Shown here: positions 9,455 through 19,274 of the stretch, in pieces
How the letters are laid out: each line of letters begins with the position of its first letter
How positions within the stretch are numbered: the stretch's first letter is position 1
NCBI GenBank assembly: GCA_965217585.1
Contig: OZ244561.1
Coordinates: 2,464,001-2,528,000, forward strand
Direction: 5' to 3'
Length of the DNA stretch: 64,000 nucleotides
Origin: Candidatus Latescibacterota bacterium
GTDB lineage: Bacteria; Latescibacterota; UBA2968; UBA8231
Made by a program: the position numbers and the translations under genes
Notes under the pieces: model-generated
The model's database searches: none
Told to the model about the DNA's origin: nothing
Seen by the model: the letters and a program-made list of their open reading frames with translations, nothing else

Positions 9455-10897
9455 TCAATAGAGGTTGTCTTTTGTCGTAATGGAGCACCAGCGCGAGTTG
9501 AACAGTGCGCGCAGCAAAATATCCAGTGCGTCGGGCGTGTCAATTTGTTTTAACCCATAAGCGGCGTAAAATCGGTTGTAGCGGTTGTCGTCCTCGAGCA
9601 TCTCGCGCAATGCCTCAAGCGCAATACAACCCGCTTCGCCGGACTTGGCCAAGGTTAGCGCGGCGTTGCGGCGCACGCGGTAGTCCTCATCGCCAAGTGC
9701 GTCTGTCAGGTCTGCAATCAGCTCAGCAGAAAAAACGCCGATGGCGCTCAAAGCCTCAAGCGCATTGCGGCGCACCCACCAGTGGCGATCGCTCATCGCC
9801 TTTCTCAGGGCGGGTTCTGCCTCCATTGCGCTCGCGCCCAAGCGTCCCAACACATGGGCGGCGACCGCTCGCACCCACCAGTGCTCATCGGACAACATCC
9901 CCGCCAAAGCCCCTGCGGCCGGTTCGCCTATCGACGCCAATGCCAGCGCCGCACAACCACTCGTGGGATTGGTTCCGTGGGCATTGTCCGGCGTCTTGGC
10001 CTCGGTCTCTGCGATCGTGGCCAGTGCTTCCTCCCGCATGGCGGCGACGAGTTCAGGCACGGCCGGCGCGCCAAACTCGGCTAGCCCATACGCCGCATCC
10101 AAGCGCTCGCACTCCGATCCGCGCTTTAAGACCGAGAGCAAGTTTTTCAGATCGCCTTTTGGGGGCTGCTGTTTTTTCTTGGGCTTTCCGCACAACCAGT
10201 ACCAGACATCTCGCGATATGGCCGGATGCCGATCCTCCATGCCGGGCGACCACGCACGACTTTGATGATCCCAAGTCGGTTTCTCTGGCTCCCGTGTACG
10301 CGCAAACTGAAATTTCAGCATATACCGATTTTTAGTACTGACATTCTCTGTTGCGCGATGCCAAGAATCAAAGTGAACAAGCGCCACCGTCCCCGCAGGA
10401 CCGCAGAATGCCCGCGCTTCTTCCTGCGTTTGCTCAGGATCCACAGCGCTAATGGTTTTGTACATCTGCATCCCGGGCAACACGCCCGAAGGCCCCATAT
10501 CCTCTGTCGTATCTTGCGGAAAGTAAAAAGCGAGCACCCAATAAAATCTCGGATGCCGCAAATTGTGATCGTACACATAACAATCCTTGTGCCATTGCTG
10601 TCCGCTGCGCCCGGGCGGATTCAAGTGGCAATGTCGATGGGGGTTCAAAATGTAATCTGGCCCCAATAAACTGGTCAGGGCGCCCTGCACATTGGGGTGC
10701 TCAAACACGCGTCCGATCTGCGGAACCCGAGGCAAAATGTTATTTCCGGGATTGCCTTCTTCCGCAAAAACCGCCTCAATCTGATCGCGAATACCGGCGT
10801 GAAATGAGGGTGGATAATCCGCCTGCACAGTCAGACATCCATCCACGATAAATCGCTGCACCTCTTCGTCGCTCAACAACTGAATTGAATCCGCCAT
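9455..10897 (-). CDS. PhyH-family dioxygenase fused to C-terminal HEAT (PBS-lyase-like) repeats
   Basis: WHKD...SWHRA; repeats such as DEHWWVRAVAAHVLG, DRHWWVRRNALEAL, DEDYRVRRNAALTL. Confidence 0.88.
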   Translation of the reverse strand: MADSIQLLSDEEVQRFIVDGCLTVQADYPPSFHAGIRDQIEAVFAEEGNPGNNILPRVPQIGRVFEHPNVQGALTSLLGPDYILNPHRHCHLNPPGRSGQQWHKDCYVYDHNLRHPRFYWVLAFYFPQDTTEDMGPSGVLPGMQMYKTISAVDPEQTQEEARAFCGPAGTVALVHFDSWHRATENVSTKNRYMLKFQFARTREPEKPTWDHQSRAWSPGMEDRHPAISRDVWYWLCGKPKKKQQPPKGDLKNLLSVLKRGSECERLDAAYGLAEFGAPAVPELVAAMREEALATIAETEAKTPDNAHGTNPTSGCAALALASIGEPAAGALAGMLSDEHWWVRAVAAHVLGRLGASAMEAEPALRKAMSDRHWWVRRNALEALSAIGVFSAELIADLTDALGDEDYRVRRNAALTLAKSGEAGCIALEALREMLEDDNRYNRFYAAYGLKQIDTPDALDILLRALFNSRWCSITTKDNLY

Positions 10898-10930
10898 AGG
10901 AAACTCCTCCGCTAAAAATTTCTACGATCG

Positions 10931-11707
10931 TCAATCGACCAAACCCCAGAGACGCTGCCGCGCCTCGGGCCAGTCCGGCCAGTCCGGATGCAGGTGCTTC
11001 AGCGCCGCCAAGTCGCGCTTGCGGCCGCCCGGCGGGAAGTAATTCCATCCCATGGCGCGTCGCGGGCCAGCGGCCGTCTTCACCCCGGTAGCGTGCCAGC
11101 ACGAGGGCGTCCACACCAAAGTCCACCGAGGGTCGAGGACGACCTCGACTTCGCTAGGATGACGGGCGAAGCAGTGCGTCGGCACCTCGTCGTGGGTGCC
11201 GGTGGCCAGTTCGAGCTGTAGCAATTCAGCCGCCACCTCCTCGCGGGAACGGTGCTGACTGCCGGGCAGCACCCGCAGCGGTGCATTGCTGGCGTCGTGG
11301 CGGTCGAGGGCGGTGCGGAAGGAGACCTGCTTCACCTCCGGCCCGCCGTCCACGTGCCAGTGGACCTGCCGCTGCGGTCGGCCGTCGGCGCTGACAATCT
11401 TCGAGGCATCTCCGATGCCGCAGGCACCCACGTGTACCTCTTCGGCACCTAATATCCGCCGCGCCGCTTCGACCAACTCAGGGTGCTCCACCATCTGCAG
11501 CAGCGGCTCGCCGATCATCAGGAACTGGCAGGCCAGCCGATTGCAGCCCTCGGGGAACTCGGTGCGCCCCCACTCCGGCTCCACCTCTTGTTGCCGGAAG
11601 TCAATCTGGCGCATCCCCTCGACACCGAGGGGGTTGGGTATCAGGAAGAACCCAGTGCGCTCGAAGTGGACGAGTTGCTCGTCGGTGATGTCGAGAGAAC
11701 CGCCCAT
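10931..11707 (-). CDS. PhyH-family dioxygenase
   Basis: WHVD, LRVLPGSQ, CWHATG; start at ATG 11707 overlaps the upstream stop (TGATG). Confidence 0.85.
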   Translation of the reverse strand: MGGSLDITDEQLVHFERTGFFLIPNPLGVEGMRQIDFRQQEVEPEWGRTEFPEGCNRLACQFLMIGEPLLQMVEHPELVEAARRILGAEEVHVGACGIGDASKIVSADGRPQRQVHWHVDGGPEVKQVSFRTALDRHDASNAPLRVLPGSQHRSREEVAAELLQLELATGTHDEVPTHCFARHPSEVEVVLDPRWTLVWTPSCWHATGVKTAAGPRRAMGWNYFPPGGRKRDLAALKHLHPDWPDWPEARQRLWGLVD

Positions 11708-12561
11708 CAGGCACTCCCCACTGCACTTTCTTGTTGGACGATGCTTTTGATTTTTTGGAAGGGTGCCACTTCGATCAACTCGAGGGTTTCGGGCGAGAGG
11801 CGCACCTTCACGCCCTCGGGCAAGGGGTTGGAAGCGGGAATGTGCTGGCTGCAATAGCGCAGGGTCAAAAAGCGGCGCTGGCGGTCTTTGGGCTGCCAAG
11901 AAAGGGCACCGTGGACGACCAGCTCGGAAATGACGACCACATCCCCGGCCTTGGGGTTGAAATTGGCCACACCCTCGGGGACTTCGGTGGAGTTGTAGTC
12001 GTCGTTATACGTGCCATCCTTGTAACTGCCCGGATAAAACATCTCCTGCGGGCGAGGGAAATTGGCCTTGTGCGAGCCAGGTAGGACAATGAGGCCGCCG
12101 TCGCCCGGATGCACATCCGTGAGGTAAAAGAAAAAGACCAAGTCATTGCAGGAAATGCGGCCGTTGTGAATTTGGTAGCGACGCCAGCCCGGCACTTCCG
12201 CCCGCAGTGAACCCTCGTGGCCCGAGTGCAGGGGGTGGAAGGGTTTGCCGTGGAAATCGACCATCATATTGCCGCCGCCGAGCCGCGGCCGATCATCGAG
12301 CAATTCTTTGACGATCGGCCAAGTCTCCGGGTGCATGGTCAGGGCTTCGAGGGCCTTGTCAAAGGCAAAGGCGTGCAAATACCAGTTGAAGTGCTCGCGC
12401 TCCAGATTGATCTCAAAGCCGTCGGGCACCTGATCGGGCGGGGTGTCGATATAGCGCTGAGCTGCCTCTTGGGCCTTTTGCAAGGCTGCGCCTTGGAGCA
12501 CGCCTTCAAGGTGCAGATAGCCGGTCAAATCGAAGAAGTAGCGCTGTTCGGGGGTCATCAT
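11707..12561 (-). CDS. PhyH-family Fe/2OG enzyme with non-canonical HxG motif
   Basis: EQRYFFDLTGYL, LHSG, YLTDVHPGDGGLIVLPGSHK, SELVVHG. Confidence 0.85.
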   Translation of the reverse strand: MMTPEQRYFFDLTGYLHLEGVLQGAALQKAQEAAQRYIDTPPDQVPDGFEINLEREHFNWYLHAFAFDKALEALTMHPETWPIVKELLDDRPRLGGGNMMVDFHGKPFHPLHSGHEGSLRAEVPGWRRYQIHNGRISCNDLVFFFYLTDVHPGDGGLIVLPGSHKANFPRPQEMFYPGSYKDGTYNDDYNSTEVPEGVANFNPKAGDVVVISELVVHGALSWQPKDRQRRFLTLRYCSQHIPASNPLPEGVKVRLSPETLELIEVAPFQKIKSIVQQESAVGSA

Positions 12562-12648
12562 CGGCGGGCCTTTGCTAAGCGCATGGCGGGCATTAGATTG
12601 TGCCGGCGCAAGGTAGTGAATCTGCTCTTGCCTTTCAAGGAGGAAAAC

Positions 12649-13302
12649 ATGGGATTTGAAGTTTACGATTGTCGCCGGGATATCCGCAATATTCTGGTGC
12701 GGCCGCAGATCCGCGCCCGCTTCTGCCGCCTAGAGCCAGGCACAGGCTCGCTCGACGCTTGGCACACGCATGATCTAGGCGACGAGATCTTCATCATTTT
12801 GGCGGGTCGGGTGGAGTTCAAAATCAACGGCGAGGTGAAAGAAATTGGACCGGGGCAAATGTGCTACGCCCGAACCGACGAGCCGCACTCGGTGCGAGTC
12901 ATCGGCGACGAGCCGGTCTATATGTACCTCTCGGTGACGCCGCACATCCAGCCGACGCATACGTTCTACGACGAAAAGGGCGAGCGTCAGCGGCCCCACT
13001 TCAGGCCGTCGAGCGATTACAATACCGAGACGGATTCGACCACGCCGGTGGCCGAGTTGATCGACAGCCACATCGATGCAGTGCGCGCCCTAGCGGCCCA
13101 AGCACAGGAGAGCGCACAAATCCAAGAGGAGCAAGGCCGCGAACTCAAGCAGGCCCTAATGGCCGGCGATATGGAAGCGGCCAGCCGCGTGCGCGAGGCC
13201 ATGTGGGCACCGCTTCTACAGCTTTTTAAGCAGACGAGCGCAGTGGCGGACGGCTGGAACGGACTGGCACCCCGGGCGGGGTCTGTCGATGCGGTATACT
13301 GA
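12649..13302 (+). CDS. Cupin-domain protein with C-terminal helical region
   Basis: WHTHD..DEIFIILAG and DEPHSV cupin motifs; AAGGAGG RBS before ATG 12649. Confidence 0.85.
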   Translation: MGFEVYDCRRDIRNILVRPQIRARFCRLEPGTGSLDAWHTHDLGDEIFIILAGRVEFKINGEVKEIGPGQMCYARTDEPHSVRVIGDEPVYMYLSVTPHIQPTHTFYDEKGERQRPHFRPSSDYNTETDSTTPVAELIDSHIDAVRALAAQAQESAQIQEEQGRELKQALMAGDMEAASRVREAMWAPLLQLFKQTSAVADGWNGLAPRAGSVDAVY

Positions 13303-13311
13303 GACGCCTCG

Positions 13312-14184
13312 ATGCTGAAGCCAAGGCCAAAACCCCCATCTGATGCTCTTGTATCCATCCACGGTGGACATAGCAAAGAATTCGGCGACGCAAATGATTC
13401 CTCGCTTGAGGAGATCATCTGCGCTTACGTTTCTAAGGGCTTTAAATGGGTAGGAGTGACTGAACATATCCCTCCCGTTTCAGCAGATTTTCTGTTTCCT
13501 TGGGACGCTGAGGAAGGACACACAGTGCAGTCAATGCTCAGACGATTCGAAAACTATTTCTCCGTCGCCCGCAAGCTGCAAGAGAAGTATCGCGATTCCA
13601 TTCGGATTTTAGTTGGGTTCGAAACAGAGAGCTACACGGGCTATGTAGCGCACGTAAACAATCTGCGGGATCGATTTCAACCTGACTACATCGTAGGCTC
13701 GGTTCATCACGTGAAAGACATCTGTATCGATGGTCCGCCAGCATGGTATGCCCAGGCCATTGAGGAGGTCGGAGGAATCGATGCGCTTTTCTGTGCGTAC
13801 TTCGACCAACAGTACGAGCTACTAGAGCAACTCGAACCCGAGGTGGTCGGACATTTTGATCTAATTCGAATGCACGACACGGACTATCGTCAGCGCTTAG
13901 AAACCCCAAAAATCAAGGAGAGAATCCGAAGAAATCTTGAGAAGATCAAGGATCTTGGATCGATTTTAGATTTCAATCTCAGAGCCTTCGAAAAGGGGGG
14001 ATCTGAACCCTATGTATCCAGATCTATTTTGGCAATGGCGCTGGATCTTGGAGTCCCCTGCGTCCCGGGAGATGATTCACATGGCGTCGCGGGAGTTGGA
14101 TTGAATCTCGAAAAAGGGATCGCAATACTAAAGCAGTCTGGTTTCAGCACGGATTGGCAGATGCCTAGGAGATACGGCACATAA
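13312..14184 (+). CDS. hisJ: Histidinol-phosphatase, HisJ/PHP family
   Basis: SIHGGHS, TEHIP, GFETE, GSVHH, GHFDLI, GDDSHG PHP motifs. Confidence 0.85.
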   Translation: MLKPRPKPPSDALVSIHGGHSKEFGDANDSSLEEIICAYVSKGFKWVGVTEHIPPVSADFLFPWDAEEGHTVQSMLRRFENYFSVARKLQEKYRDSIRILVGFETESYTGYVAHVNNLRDRFQPDYIVGSVHHVKDICIDGPPAWYAQAIEEVGGIDALFCAYFDQQYELLEQLEPEVVGHFDLIRMHDTDYRQRLETPKIKERIRRNLEKIKDLGSILDFNLRAFEKGGSEPYVSRSILAMALDLGVPCVPGDDSHGVAGVGLNLEKGIAILKQSGFSTDWQMPRRYGT

Positions 14185-14258
14185 CATAATCGAGCGCGGG
14201 GCTCACGTCGTTGCGATCGACGCGAGTTCTGAATTTGCTTTCGGGCCAAGAAGATGGC

Positions 14259-14993
14259 ATGAGCGAACGTACCAATAGCCTTGGACAGCCCATCAGCTTC
14301 GCACTGCCTGATTGGACGTCACCACCCAATCCGCCGCGAGAATGCATAGAAGGTCACTTCTGTCGGTTGGAACCACTGCAAGTCGATAGCCATCTCGACG
14401 ACTTGTATCAGGCCAACGCCTTTGATGCGGAAGGCAAGAGTTGGACGTACTTGGCATACGGCCCATTCTCCGACAAAGACAGCTACCGGGACTGGATGAA
14501 CAAGACGTGCCTGGGAGACGATCCACTGTTCTTTGCCATCGTGGACAAGAGTATTGGGGCTGCCTGCGGTGTCGCGAGCTATCTCAACATTGTACCTGCA
14601 AGCGGCGCTATTGAGGTGGGGCACATCCACTATTCCCCGCGGCTACAGCGAACGCCTTTGGCCACCGAGGCCATGTACCTCATGATGAAGAAGGCATTCG
14701 AATTGGGCTATCGACGCTACTCGTGGAAGTGCGACCGCCTGAACCAAGCATCGCGGGCGGCCGCCCAACGTCTGGGATTTTCGTTTGAGGGAATTTTTCG
14801 CCAAGCAACGGTCTATAACGGGCGCAATCGCGACACCGCATGGTACGCAGCCATTGATTCGGAGTGGCCGGAGCTGGAAAAAGCCTTCCTGACTTGGTTA
14901 GCCCCAGACAATTTTGACGACCAAGGCAAGCAGCGATTGCGCCTCTCAGACCTCACCCGACCTATCCTCAAAAACCAAGGAAATAACCGATGA
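14259..14993 (+). CDS. GNAT acetyltransferase, RimJ/RimL type
   Basis: IEVGHI, TEAMYLMM, LGYRRYSWKCD..N.ASRAAAQRLGFSFEGIFRQ, NRDTAWY. Confidence 0.9.
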   Translation: MSERTNSLGQPISFALPDWTSPPNPPRECIEGHFCRLEPLQVDSHLDDLYQANAFDAEGKSWTYLAYGPFSDKDSYRDWMNKTCLGDDPLFFAIVDKSIGAACGVASYLNIVPASGAIEVGHIHYSPRLQRTPLATEAMYLMMKKAFELGYRRYSWKCDRLNQASRAAAQRLGFSFEGIFRQATVYNGRNRDTAWYAAIDSEWPELEKAFLTWLAPDNFDDQGKQRLRLSDLTRPILKNQGNNR

Positions 14994-15778
14994 GCCAGAT
15001 CATCCCCGAGCAATACATGTGCTACCGCGCCAAAGAACCCCTCACCATCGACGGCCACCTCACCGAAGCATCCTGGAAGCGCGCGCGCCGCACTCCCTTG
15101 TTCGTCGATATCGAAGGCGACAAAAAGCCCCTGCCTCGCTTTGCCACCCGAGTCGCCATGCTGTGGGACGACGACTATTTCTACTTTGGTACCGACATGG
15201 AAGAGCCGCACGTATGGGGCACGCTGACCAAGCGCGACTCGGTCATTTGCAATGACAACGATTTCGAGATCTTCATCGACCCGGACGATGACGGCGAGCA
15301 CTATATGGAATTTGAGATCAACCCGCTCAACGTGGCCTGGGATCTCTATCTGCCCAAGCAATACAACCGCGGCGGCGAGGCCAATTGGGGCTTCGACTTT
15401 GCAGGTATCAAGCACGCTGTGCAGATCGATGGCACCCTCAATTGCTCGGACGATGTGGATCGGGGCTGGTCGGTGGAAGTGGCTATTCCCTGGAGCAGCA
15501 TGGAGCAATACGCCGGCACCGCCTGCCCCCCCAATCCCGGTGACCGCTGGCGCGTGAACTTCTCCCGCGTCGAGTGGGAGTTCGACCGCTACAAAGGCGG
15601 TTATTTGAAGAAGGAGGGCGTTCCCTGCGACAATTGGGTGTGGTCGCCGATGGGAGTGATCAATATGCACGAGCCCCACATGTGGGGATACGTGCAATTT
15701 TCCGCCATCACTGTGGGCGAGGGAGAGGACGCATTCTCGGCGACGCCAGCGGCGCGGCCAGCACCGGAAACGTCGTAG
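14990..15778 (+). CDS. Carbohydrate-binding family 9-like (DOMON-like) stand-alone protein
   Basis: IDGHLTEASW, MLWDDDYFY, DNDFEIFIDP, WSVEVAIPW, WRVNFSRVEW, WVWSP; ATGA overlap with the GNAT gene. Confidence 0.85.
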   Translation: MSQIIPEQYMCYRAKEPLTIDGHLTEASWKRARRTPLFVDIEGDKKPLPRFATRVAMLWDDDYFYFGTDMEEPHVWGTLTKRDSVICNDNDFEIFIDPDDDGEHYMEFEINPLNVAWDLYLPKQYNRGGEANWGFDFAGIKHAVQIDGTLNCSDDVDRGWSVEVAIPWSSMEQYAGTACPPNPGDRWRVNFSRVEWEFDRYKGGYLKKEGVPCDNWVWSPMGVINMHEPHMWGYVQFSAITVGEGEDAFSATPAARPAPETS

Positions 15779-15864
15779 CTACGTGGGCATCGCGGCCTCT
15801 GCGGTCAGGAACCCTTGTACTCTAACTCTCGGGACCAGACCACATTGCAGTACTGCCTATCTCG

Positions 15865-17625
15865 TTACCCCTCGTCCGCGCCCACTCGGCGCATATATCT
15901 CGCGTACGCCCCTCGCAACGCTACCCCCAGCGCCAGCGCCACCAACCCGCCGACCAACGCCACGGTCCAGCGCCCCACGTAAAACCCCGAAAAGCCGATA
16001 ACACCCCCTCCCACGGCCACCGCACCGAGCAGGGCGAGACCCAAGCCGTGCGCGATCGGTGCGCCGCCACCGGTCTCAACACCCGCCTTTTGCGCGATCG
16101 GCCCCCACCATCCCATCGGCCGCGCCTCTTTATAGAAGGCCAAGAGCTTTTCCTCTAACTCTGGCTCGGTGCAAAGCGCCACCGCGATCCAGAGCAGACA
16201 CGTCGCGGCAATCGACGAGAGAACTATCACATACGCCACATCCTGCCCTGCGTCGATCAAATGGACGAAAACCACGTACTTGTTCAATAGAAAGACTATC
16301 GGCCCGCCGAAAGAGGCGGCTAATCGCGCCTTGCCGTTAAAGCGCCACCACCACCACTGGCCCCAATTGGCCGTCAGTTCGGCCGAGGAAAGCCCGAGCA
16401 TGAAAACCGCGATATCAATGACGTTCTCGGCCTGTAGCGCGACCGCCAGCGAGAGGCCCATGATCGCTAGCATCACCACCCGACCGACACTCATGTAGTG
16501 CGCCATCTCAGCGCCGTGCTTGATAAAGCGCCGATACACGTCGTTGATAAAGACCTGAGCCCCGAAATTCATGTTGGAATCCACCGTGGACATGATCGAG
16601 GCGAACATCGCCACCAGCGCCAACCCCAGAAGACCCGAGGGCAGGTAGTGGCCCAACAAGAGACCGTAGGCTAGTTCTTTGTCCATGCTGCCGTCGTACA
16701 GGCCCGGCCATTTGACCATCGCCCCCAGAGCGGGCAGAGTCAGCACCGCCAGCATTAGGAAGAGCGTGATCTCGGTCCAGATGTACATCCGCGTTGCCTC
16801 GCGGCTGTTGCGGCACGAGAGCAGCCTTTGGCCCTCCATCGCTCCGGCCATCGGGGCCACGTCGCCGCCATAGCCGATAGCGGTCCCCATCGTCCAAGCG
16901 ATAATCCCCACCACCCCCAAAAGTTCGTGACTCATCGGCGGATGCCAGCTAACGACCCCTTCCCCAAACTGCGTCACCAACGCCTGATAAAGCCCCGTCG
17001 GCCCGCCGAAGTCGGCCCAGACCAAGCCCATCAGTACCAGTGAGGACGCGATCATGATCGCGGTCTGGATCAAATCCGACACCACCACGCCCATATAGCC
17101 GGAGAGCACCACATAGACCAAAATGATCGGAATGACCAGCAAAAAGGTCTCAAAGCGCGACCAGCCCAAGAGCGCCTCGGACACTTTCGTCAGCCCCAAA
17201 AGCCCGGCTCCGGTCCAAGCTACCACTGCGATAAAGGCACTGCGCAGCGAAACCCAAGCGCGCATCGTCGGCGCGGCCGCACCGCCAAAGCGGAGTTCGT
17301 AAAATTCCGGCGAGGTGAAAATTTTCAACCGCCGCCAGCACACAGCGAAGAGCAACCCACCGATCATCAGCGCCAGCCCGAAGCGGCTCAAATACCACCA
17401 GCAGATAAAGGTCCCAGTGATGACCGTCATGCCGCAATACGCCGGTGCTACGTCGGCGTTCATGCAGGTGACCGCATAACTGGTACCGCTCATCCACCCC
17501 TTCATCTTGCGCCCACCCAAGAAGTAATTTTCCATACTCTCCTGGGCGAACCTCCTGTAGTACAGTCCCATCCCCACCAAGAAGAGCATATAGAGCGCCA
17601 TCAGTGCGTAATCCAGACTCGACAA
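15865..17625 (-). CDS. Sodium:solute symporter family transporter
   Basis: NYFLGGR, YELRFG, VVSDLIQT, ASIMSTVDSNMN; many TM helices; AGGAGG RBS before TTG. Confidence 0.9.
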   Translation of the reverse strand: MSSLDYALMALYMLFLVGMGLYYRRFAQESMENYFLGGRKMKGWMSGTSYAVTCMNADVAPAYCGMTVITGTFICWWYLSRFGLALMIGGLLFAVCWRRLKIFTSPEFYELRFGGAAAPTMRAWVSLRSAFIAVVAWTGAGLLGLTKVSEALLGWSRFETFLLVIPIILVYVVLSGYMGVVVSDLIQTAIMIASSLVLMGLVWADFGGPTGLYQALVTQFGEGVVSWHPPMSHELLGVVGIIAWTMGTAIGYGGDVAPMAGAMEGQRLLSCRNSREATRMYIWTEITLFLMLAVLTLPALGAMVKWPGLYDGSMDKELAYGLLLGHYLPSGLLGLALVAMFASIMSTVDSNMNFGAQVFINDVYRRFIKHGAEMAHYMSVGRVVMLAIMGLSLAVALQAENVIDIAVFMLGLSSAELTANWGQWWWWRFNGKARLAASFGGPIVFLLNKYVVFVHLIDAGQDVAYVIVLSSIAATCLLWIAVALCTEPELEEKLLAFYKEARPMGWWGPIAQKAGVETGGGAPIAHGLGLALLGAVAVGGGVIGFSGFYVGRWTVALVGGLVALALGVALRGAYARYMRRVGADEG

Positions 17626-17814
17626 AATCCCTCCTTTGTACGGGAAGCAGCTAGTTTTTGTGCCGCCCTCTATGCAGAATTAAAAACGCCGCGTCAAGCT
17701 GTGGCACTAGACTGACTTGGGACAACGTCGCTTGCAATCCGCATGGCCAATTTGCTTTATATTCGTTGAGCAAGCAGCGCATTGATCCTTCTCTACAGCA
17801 AAAAGGCCCGCCTC

Positions 17815-19146
17815 ATGCCCGCACCCATCCTCCTGACCGACGCCCAAGTCCAAGCCTACCTGACCAATGGCTATATCACCGTGCAAGCCGCTCACTCGCC
17901 TGCGGTCCACCAAAATATCCACCAGCAGATCGAAACCCTCTTCGCCACCGAGGGCAATCCCGGCAACGAGATCCTCCCCAAAGTCCCGGACCTATACCAG
18001 ATCCTCCGCGACCCCGCTGTTGATGGTGCTCTCCAGAGCCTCCTCGGCCCCTCCTACCTCATCCACCCGCACCGCCACTGCCACCACAACCCCAGCGGAT
18101 CCCAAGGCCAAGGTATGCACCAAGACAGCTATGAAAACGACCAGAACGTCCGCCACCACCGCACTCGCTGGACCATGGCCTTCTACTATCCGCAGGACGT
18201 CAGCTTGGACATGGGTCCGACCGCGATCTTACCGGCCACCCAGTACTACAATTCATCGAAACAAGCCTACGAGCGGGAAGAACAGCCCCTCTGCGGCCGG
18301 GCTGGAACGGTGACCATCGTCCACTACGACCTCTGGCACCGCGCCATGCCCAACGCCAGCGACCGCGACCGCTTCATGGTCAAGTTCCTCTTCACCCGCA
18401 TGGGCGAGCCGCGGGCACCTTCGTGGGACCATCGCGACGGCACTTGGCAAGCCGAAGGCACCGACCCACCCACCGAGCTATGCCGCCGTGCTTGGGACTG
18501 GATGCGCAGCACCGATGGCACCGCAGCCCCTACGGCGGTTGCGTTCGACGAGTTGCGTCAGACTCTAGACGCCGAAGCCGAAGCCGAGCGGCTGCGCGCC
18601 GTATATGTCTTGGCTGCTCGCGGCAAAGAAGCAATGCCCGTCCTCTTGAACGCGCTACGCGGCGAGGCCGCTGAGCGTCTCGAAGCCAACCTAGCCAACG
18701 CACACACCAACCCCAGCCAACTCGACGCGGTCTTCGCCCTTTCAGCCGTTAGCCGCCCCGCTGTGCCCCACATGGTGGAACTGCTCGACGAAAACGACTG
18801 GTGGCTCCGCGCCGCGGCCGCCGATGTGCTCGGCGACTTGGGCACCACAGCGTCCGACACCGTGCCCCATCTCACCCGTGTCCTTGACGACGAGGCTGAG
18901 TGGGTGCGGCGCAACGCGGTTGAAGCACTGGGCAATATCGGTCCGGCCGCCGCCGAAGCCGTGCCCGCCTTGAGCCGTCGCTTGCAAGACTCCGAGAGCT
19001 GGATCCGCCACAACGCCGCACTCGCGCTGGCCAAGATCGGTCCAGCCGCTGCCGAAGCTGTGCCCGCACTGCGCAAAAACATCGACGACGAGGACCGCTA
19101 CGCCCGTGCCAACGCGGCCGTGGCTTTGGAGCGCATCGGCGCGTAG
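17815..19146 (+). CDS. PhyH-family dioxygenase fused to HEAT repeats
   Basis: MHQD...LWHRA; HEAT units DWWLRAAAADVLGDLG, EWVRRNAVEALGNIG, SWIRHNAALALAKIG; paralog of 9455..10897. Confidence 0.88.
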   Translation: MPAPILLTDAQVQAYLTNGYITVQAAHSPAVHQNIHQQIETLFATEGNPGNEILPKVPDLYQILRDPAVDGALQSLLGPSYLIHPHRHCHHNPSGSQGQGMHQDSYENDQNVRHHRTRWTMAFYYPQDVSLDMGPTAILPATQYYNSSKQAYEREEQPLCGRAGTVTIVHYDLWHRAMPNASDRDRFMVKFLFTRMGEPRAPSWDHRDGTWQAEGTDPPTELCRRAWDWMRSTDGTAAPTAVAFDELRQTLDAEAEAERLRAVYVLAARGKEAMPVLLNALRGEAAERLEANLANAHTNPSQLDAVFALSAVSRPAVPHMVELLDENDWWLRAAAADVLGDLGTTASDTVPHLTRVLDDEAEWVRRNAVEALGNIGPAAAEAVPALSRRLQDSESWIRHNAALALAKIGPAAAEAVPALRKNIDDEDRYARANAAVALERIGA

Positions 19147-19274
19147 CGCATTGCCGATGCTCCGGTAGCACTTACTCTCCGCAAAATCAAAACGGACGAG
19201 GACGCTCCGAGATTTTCTCGTTGACATGATTACGCCTTTTCCGCGCCTTTTACTTTTTAGCCCTTCTCAGGAAA

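Noticed and set aside
12217-12648. N-terminal extensions of ORF-track calls (12217, 21845, 11899, 32222, 49479, 61778)
   Set aside because: They overlap neighbouring genes; internal starts with RBS or stop/start overlaps fit better.
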